Shown here in pieces: positions 34,726 to 46,628 of a stretch of 64,000 nucleotides of DNA. The notes under the pieces are model-generated. The model had not been told where the DNA came from. It was given only the letters and a program-made list of their open reading frames with translations, and ran no database searches. Made by a program: the position numbers and the translations under genes. Position 1 is the stretch's first letter, and the number at the start of each line of letters is the position of its first letter. Source of the stretch: Scenedesmus sp. PABB004 (taxonomy: Eukaryota); the NCBI GenBank assembly GCA_014905635.1, contig JABVCE010000018.1:248001-312000 (forward strand), given 5' to 3'.

Positions 34726-37640
34726 CACTGCACTGAACCCAATCCGCATTGCAGCGTCTTTCATCGCCGGGCGGGCGCGCGCGGGTCCTCCAACTCCATC
34801 CATTTTGCTTGGCGAGCCTCGGCGCGGCGGCGGGGGCGGCAACACGGGCCGGTGCTTGGAAACACTGGGCGGACGCGCGTCGTCACGAGGGCCGGGCGGC
34901 GGCGCACCGGCGGGGCGCAGCGGGCAGCGGCCACCTTGTCCCGCCCCCCGTCCCAAGGCGCCCGACCACACCGCTGCCGCACACGCCCCTGCTCGGACCG
35001 CGCGGAGCGAGCAGTAGCGCGCGCAGCAGCCCGCGCGCCGCCAGCGCCCACGATCTGAGCCGCGGCCGCTCTCCGCGGCCAGGAGCTGACTGAGAGGGCC
35101 TCACACAGGTGCGGGAGCGCGCGCCGCGCCTGCGGGCGGGGCTGGGGCCGCGGCGGGGCCGCGCGAGCAGGCGGCGCCGCTTGCGCTCGCGGCGCGCACA
35201 CGCGCGGCCGCCGGCCAGCGCCGTGGGCTCACGCTGCGCCGCGACGCGCCTCGCAGGCGGTGGCCAGCGAGCGAGGCGCCAAGCGCAGCCGCGGCGGCGG
35301 CGGCGCGGCCGAAGCAGCAGCGGCAGCGCACAGCGGCCCGCGATGGGCGACCTCCGGCAAGGGGGCATGGCGGCGGCAGGGGCCGCGCCGCCAGCCAAGC
35401 AGACGGGCCGCCGTGACGGCCGTGGCGAGGGCGAGGGCGGCGCGGCGCCAGCACAGGCGCCAGCGCCGGAGCTGGAGCAGCCGTGGCCGCTGCTGCTGCA
35501 GCACGCCAGCATCGCCAGCCGGCCGCGGATCGTATGCCGGCTGCTGTGCGGCGGGCGTGGCGCGCCACTGCGCCGGCCGCGTGGCGGTGGACGCCAGCAC
35601 CTGGCGCAAGTGCGACGTCACCGTCGTCGGTGCGTTCTGTGCGTGGCTGGCCAAGCACGGCCGGCTGCTGGCGACCCTGGACGTGCGTGCCCTGCCCACT
35701 GCCGAGATGCTGGATGACGACGAGTATGACGGCAACGACCTGATGGCCTCCAGCCTGATCAGCGCGGCGGAGGCGGCGGCGGCGCCGGCGGACGGCGCGC
35801 CGCCGGGCGTGCTGCTTCTGCGGTCGCCCGCCAGCCGATGGCTGATCAGCCACCCGCGCCAGCCACAGCTGGCGCTGCTGGGCCGGCTGGAGCCCAGCCG
35901 CCTCGCTGAGCTGACCCTGGACCTCTGCGGCACGGACGAAACGGCCCGCCGGCAAAAGGCAATCGCGCGCGCCGCGGCGGCGGCGCTGGCCAAGCTCACG
36001 GCGCTGGCGCGGCTGCAGCTGGTGGTCGGGGGCTGCCCCACGACCCCCGTGTTTGCGGCGCTGGCCGGCCTGACGCGGCTGCGCAGCCTGTTGGCGGTGT
36101 TTGAGCCGGCGGGCCTGCCGGGCCTGGCCAAGCTGCCGGCGCACCTGGAGGAGCTGACGCTGGGCGTGCCGCGGCGCCCCGCGGCATCCAAGCTGCAGCT
36201 GGGCCACCTCACGGCGCTCACGAGGCTCTGCGCGGCGGACGCGGAGACCGTGCGCTGGCTCCGCATCCTGTGCCCTCGTCTCGATGAGAACTGTGCCGAC
36301 GAGTACAGAGTTGCAGAGCTGCCTGAGCTCACCGCGAGCCCGCTGGCGGTCTTCCGCGGCGACGTGCTGCCGCCGCACCTCAAGGAGCTGCAGCTGGAGG
36401 GCTATGGCAGCTGCGTCGCGGTGGAGCCGCTGCTCGCGCTGCGCGGCGAGCTGGCCGCGGTCTCGCTGCGGCTGCTCAGCCCGGCGTCGCAGCAGCTGGC
36501 CGACCTGCGCCGCCTGAGCGAGCTGGCGCCGGCGGTGGTCGACATCGCGCTGGCGTGGGACGGCCGCTGCGATGAGAACGATGATGGCGAGCCGTATGAG
36601 TTTGACCACGTTGAACGCTCGGGCGCGGCGGGCGACTTTGCGCCCGACTGGAGCGCGCTGGCGGGCGTGCGCGAGCTGAGCTTTGTGGGGCAGGACCTCT
36701 TCGGCGAGCGCGGCGAGCACAACCCCCTGGACTTCCTGCCGCGCGTCGCCAGCAGCCTGACGCGCCTGTTCATCGACGACCACCGGGGCATGGAATCGTT
36801 TGCGACGCAGCTCGCCGCGCTCAGCGAGCTGCGGGAGCTTGAGCTCTCTGGCAGCTGGGACTACCTGGAGCTGGAAGGCGCGGCGGTCGTCGCGGCGCTG
36901 CCCCAGCTGCGCAAGCTGGCGGTGCGGTACGCACAGAAGATCCTCGACCACCTGCCGCACGTGGTGCGCGACTTGAGCCGCCTGACCAGCCTTTCCCTCG
37001 ACAGCATTGACGGCATGCGCGACGCCCACGTCGAGCTTCTGGCCGGCGCGCTGCATGGCCTGCGCGAGCTGCGGCTGAACGAGCGCTGGGCCGCCCCCGC
37101 ATCTGTGGACATCACCGACGCGTGCCTGCCGGCCGTCGTGGCGGGCTGCCCGCAGCTCACCAGCCTGGACCTCAGCAGAACCAAGGTCACCGACACGGGC
37201 GTGCGCCAGCTCACGGCGCTGACCGCGCTGCGCGTGCTGGACGTGGCTCACGCGGGCGTGTCGCAGGCCACCGTGCACGAGGTGCTGCAGGCCGCGTGCG
37301 AGTGAGGGAGTGCATGCATGCTGCCATGGGGAGGGGTTTGACGGCGGGCAGGTAGGCGGGCGGGCGGGCGCGCGGTGCTTGCGCCTGGGGCGGGGAGACG
37401 CGCGGCAGCTGAGGCGCGGCCCCGGCCGAGCAGGCGCGCCCGCTGACGCGCGAGCTGCTGCGGGCCCGGCGCAAGTTGACGAGTTGCAATTGCAACCGAG
37501 TTGCCGACGCCGCTGCGACGCGCGCGCCCCCACCTCACGCGCAGCGCTGGTGCGGCGCCCGCCACGGCAGCCCCAGCAGCTGCAGCAGGTCCTGCTCCCG
37601 CTCGATGCGCCGCGCGCTGCCCACACCCAGCCCGGCCGCG
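34726..37640 (+). repeat. Segmental duplication, copy 1 (~2.9 kb)
   Basis: Aligns by eye with 49440-52388 from CACTGAACCCAATC through upstream region, LRR gene, 3' UTR and the 3' end of the Pol X gene. Confidence 0.95.
35367..37305 (+). CDS. Intronless F-box-like/LRR (RNI-like) protein, copy 1; frameshifted by a 17-bp deletion at ~35550 (possible pseudogene)
   Basis: LRR units LAKLTALARLQL, LGHLTALTRL, LSELRELELSG, LSRLTSLSLD, CPQLTSLDLSRTKVTDTGVRQLTALTALRVLDV; lacks GTGAGCCGCGGCCTTGC present in copy 2. Confidence 0.85.
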
Positions 37641-40171
37641 TCGCCGGCCGCGGGCGCCCAGCCGGGCGGCCAGCGCGGCTTGCCGTGCCGGTCGTTCGGC
37701 GGGGCCTCGTCCGGGACCGACAGCACCACGTGGCTCACGCCCGACGCCAGCGCGGCGGCCACGCGGTCGACAGCCTGCGCCTCGCCCGGCGCGGGCGCGG
37801 CTGCACCTGCGGCTGCGCCGCCGCCCGGGCCGGCCGCCGCCGCCACGCTGCGGCTGGCCTGGCCCGCTGCCGCGCGGGCGCCGGCGGCGTCGCGGGGCAG
37901 CTCGACCAGCTTGAGCAGGACGTGGGAGTTCAGGTGCATGTCGCACTGCCGGGCGTGCTCGCGCAGGAACCTGCCGCGCGGGCGGGCAGCGCGTCGGCGC
38001 GTTGCTCGCAAGCAGGCGGCCAGCCCCCGAGCCGGCCCGGCGGGCGCCCGCCCGCCCGCGCCAGCGCTGGCGCGCCGCCGGCGCGCGGGCCGCGCGCGCG
38101 CCGCGCCTGAGCCACTGCGTGGAGCCCGTCCAGCCCACGAGCGCGAGCGTCCAGTCGGCGGGCGGCACAAGCACCAGGTCCACGCGGCGCGCCCGGCCAG
38201 CGGCGGTGATGAAGACGCCCATCACGTGGTCGTACGCGTCCAGCCGGCCCTGCGTTTTCACCCAGCGATTACTGAGCACGTCCTCGCGAACGCGCGCCCG
38301 GTACGCCGGCAGCCCGCCGCTCTGGACCATGGCAAAGCCCTCGCCGCGCCGCACGAGGCGCCCCGCCGCGGCGAGCGCGTCGTACAGCCGCGTCGCGAGC
38401 CCGGGAAGCAGGTCGGGGCGCGAGGGGTGCGTGATCAGCCAGTCGAGGTCGTGCCGCGCGTGCTCGCGGCGCGCGCCCCCGACCGGCTCGATTCGCCAGC
38501 CGTCCGGCTCGCCGCTCACGGCTGCGAGCGCGGACGCGACCACGCCCGCAATCTCGTCCGCCTCGTCGGCGATCGCGCCCGCCGTGAGGTCGGCGGCGTG
38601 GCGCAGGCTGTGCACGATGGCGCGTGGCAGGTTGGCGAGGCGCGGCGGCGCCGGCGACTGCTGCTGCTGCTGACCCGGAGCCTGCTGCCCTGACTGCTCC
38701 TGCTGCTCCTGCTGCTCCTGCTGCTCCTGCTGCAGCGGCGACGCGCCATGCCCCACCGCCGCCGGGCCTCCGCCGCTCCCGCCGCCCGCGCCGCTCTCGC
38801 CGCCCTCGCCGGCGGCCGCGAGCACCTGCTCCACGCTGGCCAGCCCGAGCTGCCACCAGGTCAGCGCGAGCGTCGCGCCCACGCCCGGGAGCTGCTTGAA
38901 CGCCGCGCGCGCGGCGCCGCCCGCGGTCGAGGGGCGCAGGGAGCCCTTGGAGTCGGTGACCGGTCGGTTGGACCGGAACGCGTCGAGCTGAGGGCAGGTG
39001 CCTGCACGGCGCGGCGCGGCGCGACGGCGCGCGTGAGCGGCGCGCCCACGGCGGCGGCGGCAGCGCGGGCCGGCGGTGCTGCGCGCGCGCGCCTGTGCGC
39101 AGCAGCTGGTCGATGATGCGCGCCACGTGCCCGCCGCAGCACGGCAGCAGCGCCTCAATGCGCGCCGGCCCCAGGGTCGCGGCGTCGAGCGCAAACGCGC
39201 ACGCCCGGACCGCGGCCGCGGCGCGGTGGTACGTGAGCGCCTCGTGGCTCAGGAGCGTCGTCGTCGCTGCGGGCGCGGGCGGCGCAGGCGCGGGCGGCGC
39301 AGGCGCGGCTCGGCCGCCCGGCCCGGGGCGCCGGCGGCCTCGGCGCGCCGCGCCGCGCCGCGCGCGCACCGGGCTCGGCCTCGCGGACCGCGACCGCCGC
39401 CTCAAACGCGGCCAGCTCCTTGAGCGCGGCGCGCACCGACTCGTTGGCCCCGCGCGCCGCCGCCCCGGCAGGCTCGTACGACGCCCACAGCATCAGCTCG
39501 ACCTGGCCAGGTTGGTGTGGCAGGGCGGCGCGGGGGTGAGCGAGCTCGGCGCGCGCGCGCTCGGCGCGCGCGCTGCGCCAGCCAGCGCCGCGCCGGCCGC
39601 GCGCCTGGCTGACGACGTCGTCCAGCCCGGCCTCCCAGCCCCCGCGCCACGCGAAAAACTTGCCCATCGGCGCGCCGGGCACGGGGCGCAGGGCCGGCAA
39701 GTCGCGCGGCGCGCCGACCTCGCCGCCGCCGCCGCCACTGGGGCTGGCGCCCTCGCTGGGGCGCGGCAGCAGGTGCGCGAGGCTGTGCTGCCCCGGCGGC
39801 GGCAGCTGCCCGCCAGCGGCCAGCCCCCCGCCCAGCACCGCGTCCAGCCACGAGTCGGCGACGACGGCCGGCGGCGGCCGTGCGGCCGCGGCGAGCTGCA
39901 GCAGCCCGCCCACGCCGGCGGGCACGCCGCGGCCGTCCGCGGGCGCGCGCAGGACGACGTGCGACACGCCCGCCAGGTCGCCGGCGGCCGCACCATGCGC
40001 CACACGCGCGCCCAGCTGCTCCAGGCGCTGACGCACCAGCCCCAGGCGGCGCTGCAGCAGGGGGATGGAGACGTGAAGGAAGACGACCGGGGCGCCGGGT
40101 GCTGCTGCCGCTGCGTGTCGTGCGGGCTCGATCGCTGCGTCAAACCGCTGGCGCTTGGGCGCGCTGTCCAT
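37535..40171 (-). CDS. X-family DNA polymerase with N-terminal BRCT, Pol mu/TdT-like
   Basis: NLS PKRQR; BRCT-like (LGARV...VSHVVL...VVADSWL); 8-kDa domain YHRAAAAVRA; HhH FKQLPGVG; VGGARREHARHDLDWLITHP; RRVDLV; LVGWTGS; EQDLLQLLGLPWRAPHQRCA. Confidence 0.92.
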
Positions 40172-40553
40172 GTTCAGCGCCGTCGGCCCGCAGCGCGCGG
40201 CGCCAGCGGCGGCGCAGCAGCGGCGCGCTGCGCAGCGGCCGCTGCGCGCCAACGCCGGCTTCTTACATGGCGCCCCAACGCCTGCTGGACACGGGCAGCC
40301 AGCCTCACAGCGATTTTGGCCGAAACACGCAGGCCCGTCGCGCGCGCATCACTGAACCCACCGCGCGCATGTGACGACCGACCGCCGCCGCGCGCCATGA
40401 CGATCGCCGGTCGCTGCCCTCACCACCAGAGCGTCAGCATGTCCGCCGCGTCCGCCGCGCCGCTGGCGCCGGCGTCGCCGCTGGCCAGCACGGCGAGGCC
40501 CGTGAGCACCACGCCTGCGCGGCGTGGGCGGCGGCCGGCTCGCTCGCTCGAGC

Positions 40554-41729
40554 TCACGCGGCGACGAGGCCGAGGCCGAGCAGGACCAGACCTGCGTAAA
40601 CGGTGAAAATGACGCCCGCGATCGCCCAGCCCGAGGGCTCGTACGGCTCGTAAGGCACCAGCCCGGCCGCCTCCAGCTCCTCCAGCTCGTCGGCCGCCAT
40701 CAGTGACCGCGCGCCCGGCGCGCCGCGCGCGCCCGCGCCGCGCCGCGCGCCGCGCAGCAGCGACGCGTCGCCGCCGGCGCCGCGGAGCCCGGCCGCCGCG
40801 GCCGCCGCGGCCGCGTCGCCGCCGAGCGCGTCGTCCGCGTAGCGCCAGGGCTTGGCGCGCAGCGCGCGCGCGCTCGCGCGGCGGCCCCACACGCTCGCGG
40901 GCGTGCGCGCGCCCGGCCGCGGCGCCGGCGCGCCGGCCAGCCCGGGCGCGAGCGCCGCGGCGCCTGGCACGGCGCCGCGGCGGACCAGCAGCGCCTGCGC
41001 GATGGCGAGGACCTCCGGGTCGAGCAGCTCGGGGTGGCTGATCAGCCCGCCGCCCCCCGGCGCGGCGTCGAGCGCGTCTGCGGGATCGCCGCTGAGGCGG
41101 TCGTCCCACGCTCCACGACCAGCGGCGGCGGGCCAGGGCGCCTCGGCCGGCTGCGCGAGCGACTGCTTGAGCAGCTCAAGCTCCAGAAAGGACAGCCGCT
41201 CCTCGAGCGCGCCCAGCGCAGCCGCCGCGGGCTCGCCGCCAGCTGCGCCGGGCGGCGCGTCGCCGGGCGGCGGCGGCGCAGCTGCCGGCGCCGGCGCCGC
41301 CGCGCTGCCCGGCGCTTGCAGCTCGGGCGGGCCTGCGGGCGCAGCGTCGCGCGGCGCGGGCGTCGGCGCGCCGCGCGGGCGCGGCCGCATGCACACGCGG
41401 GCGGCGGGCGCGCTGCCAGCCTGGCCGACCGGCGGTCGGCGCGGTCGGCGACCGCGCTCACCGGGGCGCGGAACGCTTGCTCGCGCGCCGACCTCAAGTA
41501 TGAGTGACGCCTGGTGGTGGCTGAAGCCGGACTCCATCAGCACCCTGTGCTGGTGCAGCAAGCGCGCGATCGGCGACGGCGCCGTCGCTTGCGCGGCGCC
41601 ACCGCTGCCGCCGCCGCTGCGCACGCGGGCCGCCGCGCGGGCGCGCCCAGCGTGCAGTCGCGCTGGTGCGACACCGACGGACTGCCGGGTCAGGGCGCGC
41701 GAGCCCTTCAGGGGCCGCACGCAATCCAT
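40554..41729 (-). CDS. Hypothetical protein, transit-peptide-like N-terminus and C-terminal TM helix
   Basis: ATG 41729; exon 1 ends MESGFSHHQASLILE|GT; exon 2 LEERLSFLELELLKQ...WAIAGVIFTVYAGLVLLGLGLV; may extend to a further exon ending at 40420. Confidence 0.6.
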   Translation of the reverse strand: MDCVRPLKGSRALTRQSVGVAPARLHAGRARAAARVRSGGGSGGAAQATAPSPIARLLHQHRVLMESGFSHHQASLILEVGARASVPRPGERGRRPRRPPVGQAGSAPAARVCMRPRPRGAPTPAPRDAAPAGPPELQAPGSAAAPAPAAAPPPPGDAPPGAAGGEPAAAALGALEERLSFLELELLKQSLAQPAEAPWPAAAGRGAWDDRLSGDPADALDAAPGGGGLISHPELLDPEVLAIAQALLVRRGAVPGAAALAPGLAGAPAPRPGARTPASVWGRRASARALRAKPWRYADDALGGDAAAAAAAAGLRGAGGDASLLRGARRGAGARGAPGARSLMAADELEELEAAGLVPYEPYEPSGWAIAGVIFTVYAGLVLLGLGLVAA

Positions 41730-42048
41730 GCGACCGGCGGCGCTCGAGCGTCGCCGGTGCGGGCTTGGTTTCGGCCTGGGCGTGAGCGAGCTCGACGTGC
41801 TGATGCCAGGCGCGCGCGGTGCGAGCTCGGGAGGAAGAAGCGCGCAAAGACCGGCGGCGGCGGTTCCGCGGCTTCTGCGGCGCGAACGGTCTGTCGGCGC
41901 CTGCCTGCCAGGCCCCGCGCCCCACCCAGACCGACGCGCCGCCTCCGAAGACCCCTCAGGAGCTCCCCCGTCGCCCGCTGCCGTGCCGCGTGCCGACAGC
42001 CGCGCTCCGCTGCTGACTGCTGCTCGCGCTGCTCGCGCCGGCCGCGCG

Positions 42049-42987
42049 ATGGACGTCGGGGCCGAGCTGGACGCCCTGGACGCCGGCCTGTCCGCCCTGG
42101 CGGCGGAGGAGGGCATCACGCTGCCAGCGGCGGCGCCCGCGCCGGACCAGCTGGTCGTCCAGCTGCTGGCGCAGCAGTCAAAGCTGCTGGAGCTGGTGGC
42201 GGTCATGGCGCAGACGGCCCAGCGCCACGCCGAGGCGGCGGCGCACACAGCGCCGGCCGCCGCGCCTCCGCCGCACCACGCGGCGCCGCCGGACGACGCG
42301 GCGTTGCTGAAGCGCCGGTGGTGCAAGGTGCAGCGCGCGCTGCTTTCGCACCTCGCGGACGCGCGGGCGCAGCTGGCGGCCGCGGACTCGGCGCGCGAGG
42401 CGGCGTGCCGGCGCGAGGCGCGCGCGCTGTCTGCCGCGGCGGCGCTGCGCGCCCGGCTGCTGGAGCAGGAGCAGGAGCTCGTCGCGGTGCGGGAGCAGCT
42501 GCAGGAGGTTGCGCAGCTGCACTCGAGCAAGCTGGCGCGCGCGAAGCAGCGGCTGCAGCAGCGCTACGAGGCGCAGCTGGCGGCGACCACGGCGGCGTAC
42601 GCCGAGGAGCTGGCGGCGATCCAGCCGCGCACGCGCGCCTGCGGGCGCGGCGGCGGCGGGGCCGAGGCGCCGCGAGTGCCGCAGCAGCCCGGCGCGCCCG
42701 CGGCTGGGGCGCGGCAGGCCGGCGCCGGCGCGCAGGAGCACTGCGACGAGGCGCCGTGGCAGCGCCCGCGGGGTCGCCACCAGTGCGGTGCGCTGGGCTG
42801 CTGCGCCCCGGGCGGCAGCCAGCCGGGGGGCCGTCCGGGCGCCGCTGAACGCCGCCGCCGGCTGCCCGCGCAGGCGAGGGCGGCGGCGAGGGCACGACGC
42901 GGCCGCTCACGGCGCCCTCGTCGGACCGCCGCGCCGGCGCCAGCCCGCCGCGCAGCGCGCGCGTGTCTGCCGCCGGCGGCGCGCTGA
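42049..42987 (+). CDS. Hypothetical coiled-coil protein
   Basis: GCGATG 42049; heptad-rich RARLLEQEQELVAVREQLQEVAQLHSSKLARAKQRLQQRYEAQL; 3' end uncertain. Confidence 0.6.
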   Translation: MDVGAELDALDAGLSALAAEEGITLPAAAPAPDQLVVQLLAQQSKLLELVAVMAQTAQRHAEAAAHTAPAAAPPPHHAAPPDDAALLKRRWCKVQRALLSHLADARAQLAAADSAREAACRREARALSAAAALRARLLEQEQELVAVREQLQEVAQLHSSKLARAKQRLQQRYEAQLAATTAAYAEELAAIQPRTRACGRGGGGAEAPRVPQQPGAPAAGARQAGAGAQEHCDEAPWQRPRGRHQCGALGCCAPGGSQPGGRPGAAERRRRLPAQARAAARARRGRSRRPRRTAAPAPARRAARACLPPAAR

Positions 42988-43226
42988 GCGCGGCAGGCGG
43001 CCTCGGCGGGCTGCGGGCGAGCTGACCGACGGCGCGGCCGCGGCCGTCCTCGGGGGCAACGCGGTTGCCCGCTCGCGCACACCCGCGTGGCGCCAATCCT
43101 GCGCCGCCAGCCCTCGTCACTCGCTCTCCACGTGCACGTTTTCAGTGCGACCCGCCGCCGCCCCGCCCCGGCGCTCCGCCCCGCACGGCCGCGCCCGGGG
43201 CTGCTGCGCCGCTGCCGCCGGCAGCC

Positions 43227-44057
43227 TCACGCCCGCTGGTAGTCAGGGAAGCATTGCTGCGCGCGCGCGGCGGGAGGGCGGGCGGCGGGGCAGGCCGGTG
43301 AGCGCGCCCGGGCGGCGGGGCAGGCCAGTGAGCGCGCCCGTCCCGTGGCCGCGGGGCAGCCGCGCGAGCGAGAGCGCGCCGCCGCCGCCGCCGCCGCCGC
43401 ACCTCGAACGTGCTCTTGGGGTGCTTGTTCTCCTGGTGGTCCTTCAGCTGCTGCTCTTTGCTCTGCGCAGCGGCGGCGGCGGGCGTGTGGACGGGCGCTC
43501 GGGCCCCAGCGCCCTTGCGCGCCGCGCGCGCCCTTGCGCCGCGCCGCGTGCGCCGCGCACCGTGCAGATGAACGTCGTCAGGCACACGCTGCACTTCATC
43601 GTCAGCGCGGCCGCGTTGGCCTTGAGCTGGCTGCCTGCGCGCGGCGCGCCGCGGCGAGCGGCGCGGGCGTGGGCTTCGCGCGGTCCGCGGCCGCCGCGGC
43701 CGCCGCGGCGCGCGCGCCGCCCACCCTTGGGCTCCTTGAGCTTCTCCGCGTTGCGGGCGCGCTTGGTCGCCGACTTCTGGCCGTTGCCGCCACCCTGCGG
43801 GGGCGCGGCAGGGCGTCGGCAGCCGCGCGGCGCTGCTCCGGCGCGCCGCCGCGCGCAGCCGCCGCCTGCCCGCCGGGCTTTGGCAGCACGCGCGCCCCCG
43901 CCGCTGCTCGGGAGCGGCGTCCGCCGGCCCGGGCGCGGCCGCCCCGCGGCGGCGCGGGCAGCGCCGGGCGCGCGATGCAGGCGCGCGCCGCGGCGCGCTG
44001 CCCAGGGCCGCCGCCGCGCGCCCAGGTGCCGCGTCTCGCGGCGAGGGCGCTCACCAT
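43227..44057 (-). CDS. Small SERF/ZNF706-like C2H2 protein (At2g23090-like)
   Basis: M|GGGNGQKSATKRARNAEK...GSQLKANAAALTMKCSVCLTTFICT|SKEQQLKDHQENKHPKSTFE|QCFP; first coding exon is only ATG (ATG|GTGAGC at 44057-44055). Confidence 0.9.
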
Positions 44058-44371
44058 GGTGCCGCGCCGCTCCTCTGCGGCCGCGGGCTGCGCGCAGCGA
44101 GGTGCGCGTGGCGGGCTCGTGCGGGGCTGGCGGTGTGCAGCTGTCGAAGCCGGCGAGGGCGAGAGTGGCGCGGCGGTCGCGCGGCGTCGCAGCGTGTGCT
44201 GCCGCTCAGGTTCACTTATGCGCGGCCGCTCTCGAAAGCGAAAAAGGCCCGCCGTCCACGCACAAGCCCGCTCCACAGCCTCCGCACGCACGCACACCGC
44301 CTCCGCCGCACCCGCGCCGGGCACCCACACACCGCGCCGCGCGCGCCGCCACCGCTGCTGCGTGCTCGCGC

Positions 44372-44721
44372 ATGTCCCAGCAGCAGCAGCAGACGCCGCC
44401 GCCGGCCCTGCCCGGCCACCTGGCCTTCACCCCGGGCAGCGCCATCAGCACCGGCGGCGCCGCGCCGCCCCCGCACCGCCAGCAGCAGCAGCACGCGCCG
44501 GCGCCAGCGCCCGAGCAGCACCGCGGTGCGCCGGCCGTCGCTGCAAGCGTCTCCCCCGCCCGGCGCGCGCGGCGCGACGCGACGCGCCGCCCGCCCGCCG
44601 CACCGCGCCGCGCCGGGGCGCAGAGCTGCTGGCAGAGGCGCTGGCCGCGCTGCGAGGCGAGGTGGACGCGCTCGCGGAGGACGGCTGGATGTTTGAGGCG
44701 CCCCGCCACTCGCTCCGCTGA
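44372..44721 (+). CDS. SAMBA: SAMBA-like small APC/C regulator
   Basis: 2 exons; C-terminus ELLAEALAALRGEVDALAEDGWMFEAPR resembles plant SAMBA (LDEDNWMFEGPR). Confidence 0.6.
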
Positions 44722-44780
44722 CGCCCGCCGCGCGGTCGCCGCCGCCGCCGCCGCCGCGGCCGGCTCGCGGCGCGCCCGCC

Positions 44781-46468
44781 ATGGAGCCGGACGACGCCGC
44801 GCCGGGGGGCCGCACGCCGCTCGCGCAGCGCGCCGAGTGGGCGGACGTCACGCCGTGCCCCGTGCCGGCGAGCGAGGCCGACGGCGCCGTCGTGGCGGTC
44901 CAGTACAGCGCGGCGCACCGCGAGGCCTTGGGCTACCTGCTCGCCTGCATCGCCACGGCACGCGCCGCCGCCGCCGCGGGACGCCGCGGCACGCCGCGGG
45001 CAGCCGCGCGCCCGCGCTCGCCGCTCGCCGCCGCGGCGGCGCCCGCGCCCGCGCCCGCCGCGGGCGGCGCCCCGCCGAGGCCGCGCCGCCGCGCTGCCGC
45101 GGCGCCGCGCAGGGCGAGCGCAGCGCGCGCGTGCTGGCGCTGACGGCCGACGTGATCGCCGCCAACTCGGCGCACTACACCGCGTGGGAGGTGCGCTGGG
45201 AGTGCCTGCTCGCGCTCGGCGCCGACCTGCGGCGGGAGTATGAGTTCACAGAGTGAGAGGCCCGCTGCGGCCGCCGCTGCCCGCTGCCCGCTGCCCGCTG
45301 CGGCGGCCGATGCCCGCTGCCGCTGCGGCGGCCGCGGCGGCTGCGGCGGCCGCGGGGCTGCGCCTAGGACGCGCTCCGAGCGGCCCCGAGCGCGCGCGCC
45401 TGCGCGCCCGCGCCTGCGCTCACCCGTGCGCCCGCGCAGGCGCGTGGCCGAGGAGAACGCCAAGAACTACCAGCTCTGGAATCACCGCCTCAAGCTCGCC
45501 AAGGCGCTCGGCCCCGACGCCACGCAGGCGGAGCTCGAGTTCTGCAAACGTGCGCGCGCCCGCGTCCGCGTCCGCCGCCGCCGCCGCCAGACGCGTGCTG
45601 CCAGGCGCGCGCGCCGCCGCCAGGCACCCGCCCACGCCCGCCCGCCCGCGCGGCAACTCTCGCGCGCAGGCGCGCTGGACGGTGACGCCAAGAACTACCA
45701 CGCGTGGGCGCACCGCCAGGTCGTGGTCGCCGCGGGCGGCGCGTGGGCGGCGGAGCTGGGCTACGTGGAGGAGCTGCTCGCCGCCGACGTGCGCAACAAC
45801 TCGGCCTGGAACCAGCGCATGTTTGTGCTGCAGGTGCGGCGCGGCGCGCGGGCGCGCGGCGGCGGCGTGCGGCTGCAGCGCGCGGCGCCGCGGTCGCCGA
45901 GCGGGCCGTGCCCGTGCTGCGCGCGCGCGCGCGCGCGCAGCACACGCTGGGCGAGCACGCCAGCCTCGAGGCGCTGCTGCAGCGCGAGCTGTCGTACGTC
46001 GCCGCCGCGGTGGCGCGCGCGCCGGACAACGAGAGCGCGTGGAACTACCTGTGGGGCCTCTTCTCGCTGCCGGGCTGCGCCGACGACGCGATGGGCCTGC
46101 AGGACGAGGCGCGCACGCGCCGCGTGCGGTTGGCGGGCCGGCCGGCACGGCACCGCATGGGGTGGCGCGCGCGGCCGGCGGCCCACGCGCGGCGCACGCG
46201 CGCCCCGCACGCGGTGTCGCCGCAGGTCTTTGCCGTCTGCCGCGACGCGCTGGCGCGCAGCGCGTCGTGCAAGCCCGCGCTGGACACGCTCGCGCAGGCG
46301 TACGCCTGCCTCGCGCGCGCGGCGGCGGCCGCCGGCGACGCCGGCGCGTCGGCCGCCGCCGCGCGCGCGGGGCTGCGCGCGCTGGACGCGGCCGCGGTGG
46401 CCGACCCGATGCGTGCCAACTACTGGCACCACCGCCGCGCCGAGCTGGAGCCGCTGGCGGGCCGCTGA
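44781..46468 (+). CDS. FNTA: Protein farnesyltransferase/GGTase-I alpha subunit
   Basis: EWADVTP, NSAHYTAWEVR, NAKNYQLWNHR, DAKNYHAWAHRQ, DVRNNSAWNQR, PDNESAWNYL, DPMRANYW (PPTA repeats). Confidence 0.95.
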
Positions 46469-46628
46469 GCGGCGGGGCGGGGGCGTGCAACGACGCAGCG
46501 ACCGGCCGCGGATGCGTCACCGACGTCGCGTCAGAGCCAGATGCAGAAGCGCCGCAAGCGCCGCCGGTGCCGCCGCCGCGCTTTCCTCCTCGGCGTCACC
46601 CGGGCGGGCCAGAGCCCCGGCTGATGTG

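Noticed and set aside
34726..37640. Autonomous transposon or diversity-generating retroelement
   Set aside because: No transposase, reverse transcriptase, terminal inverted repeats or LTRs seen; differences between copies are not obviously adenine-specific.
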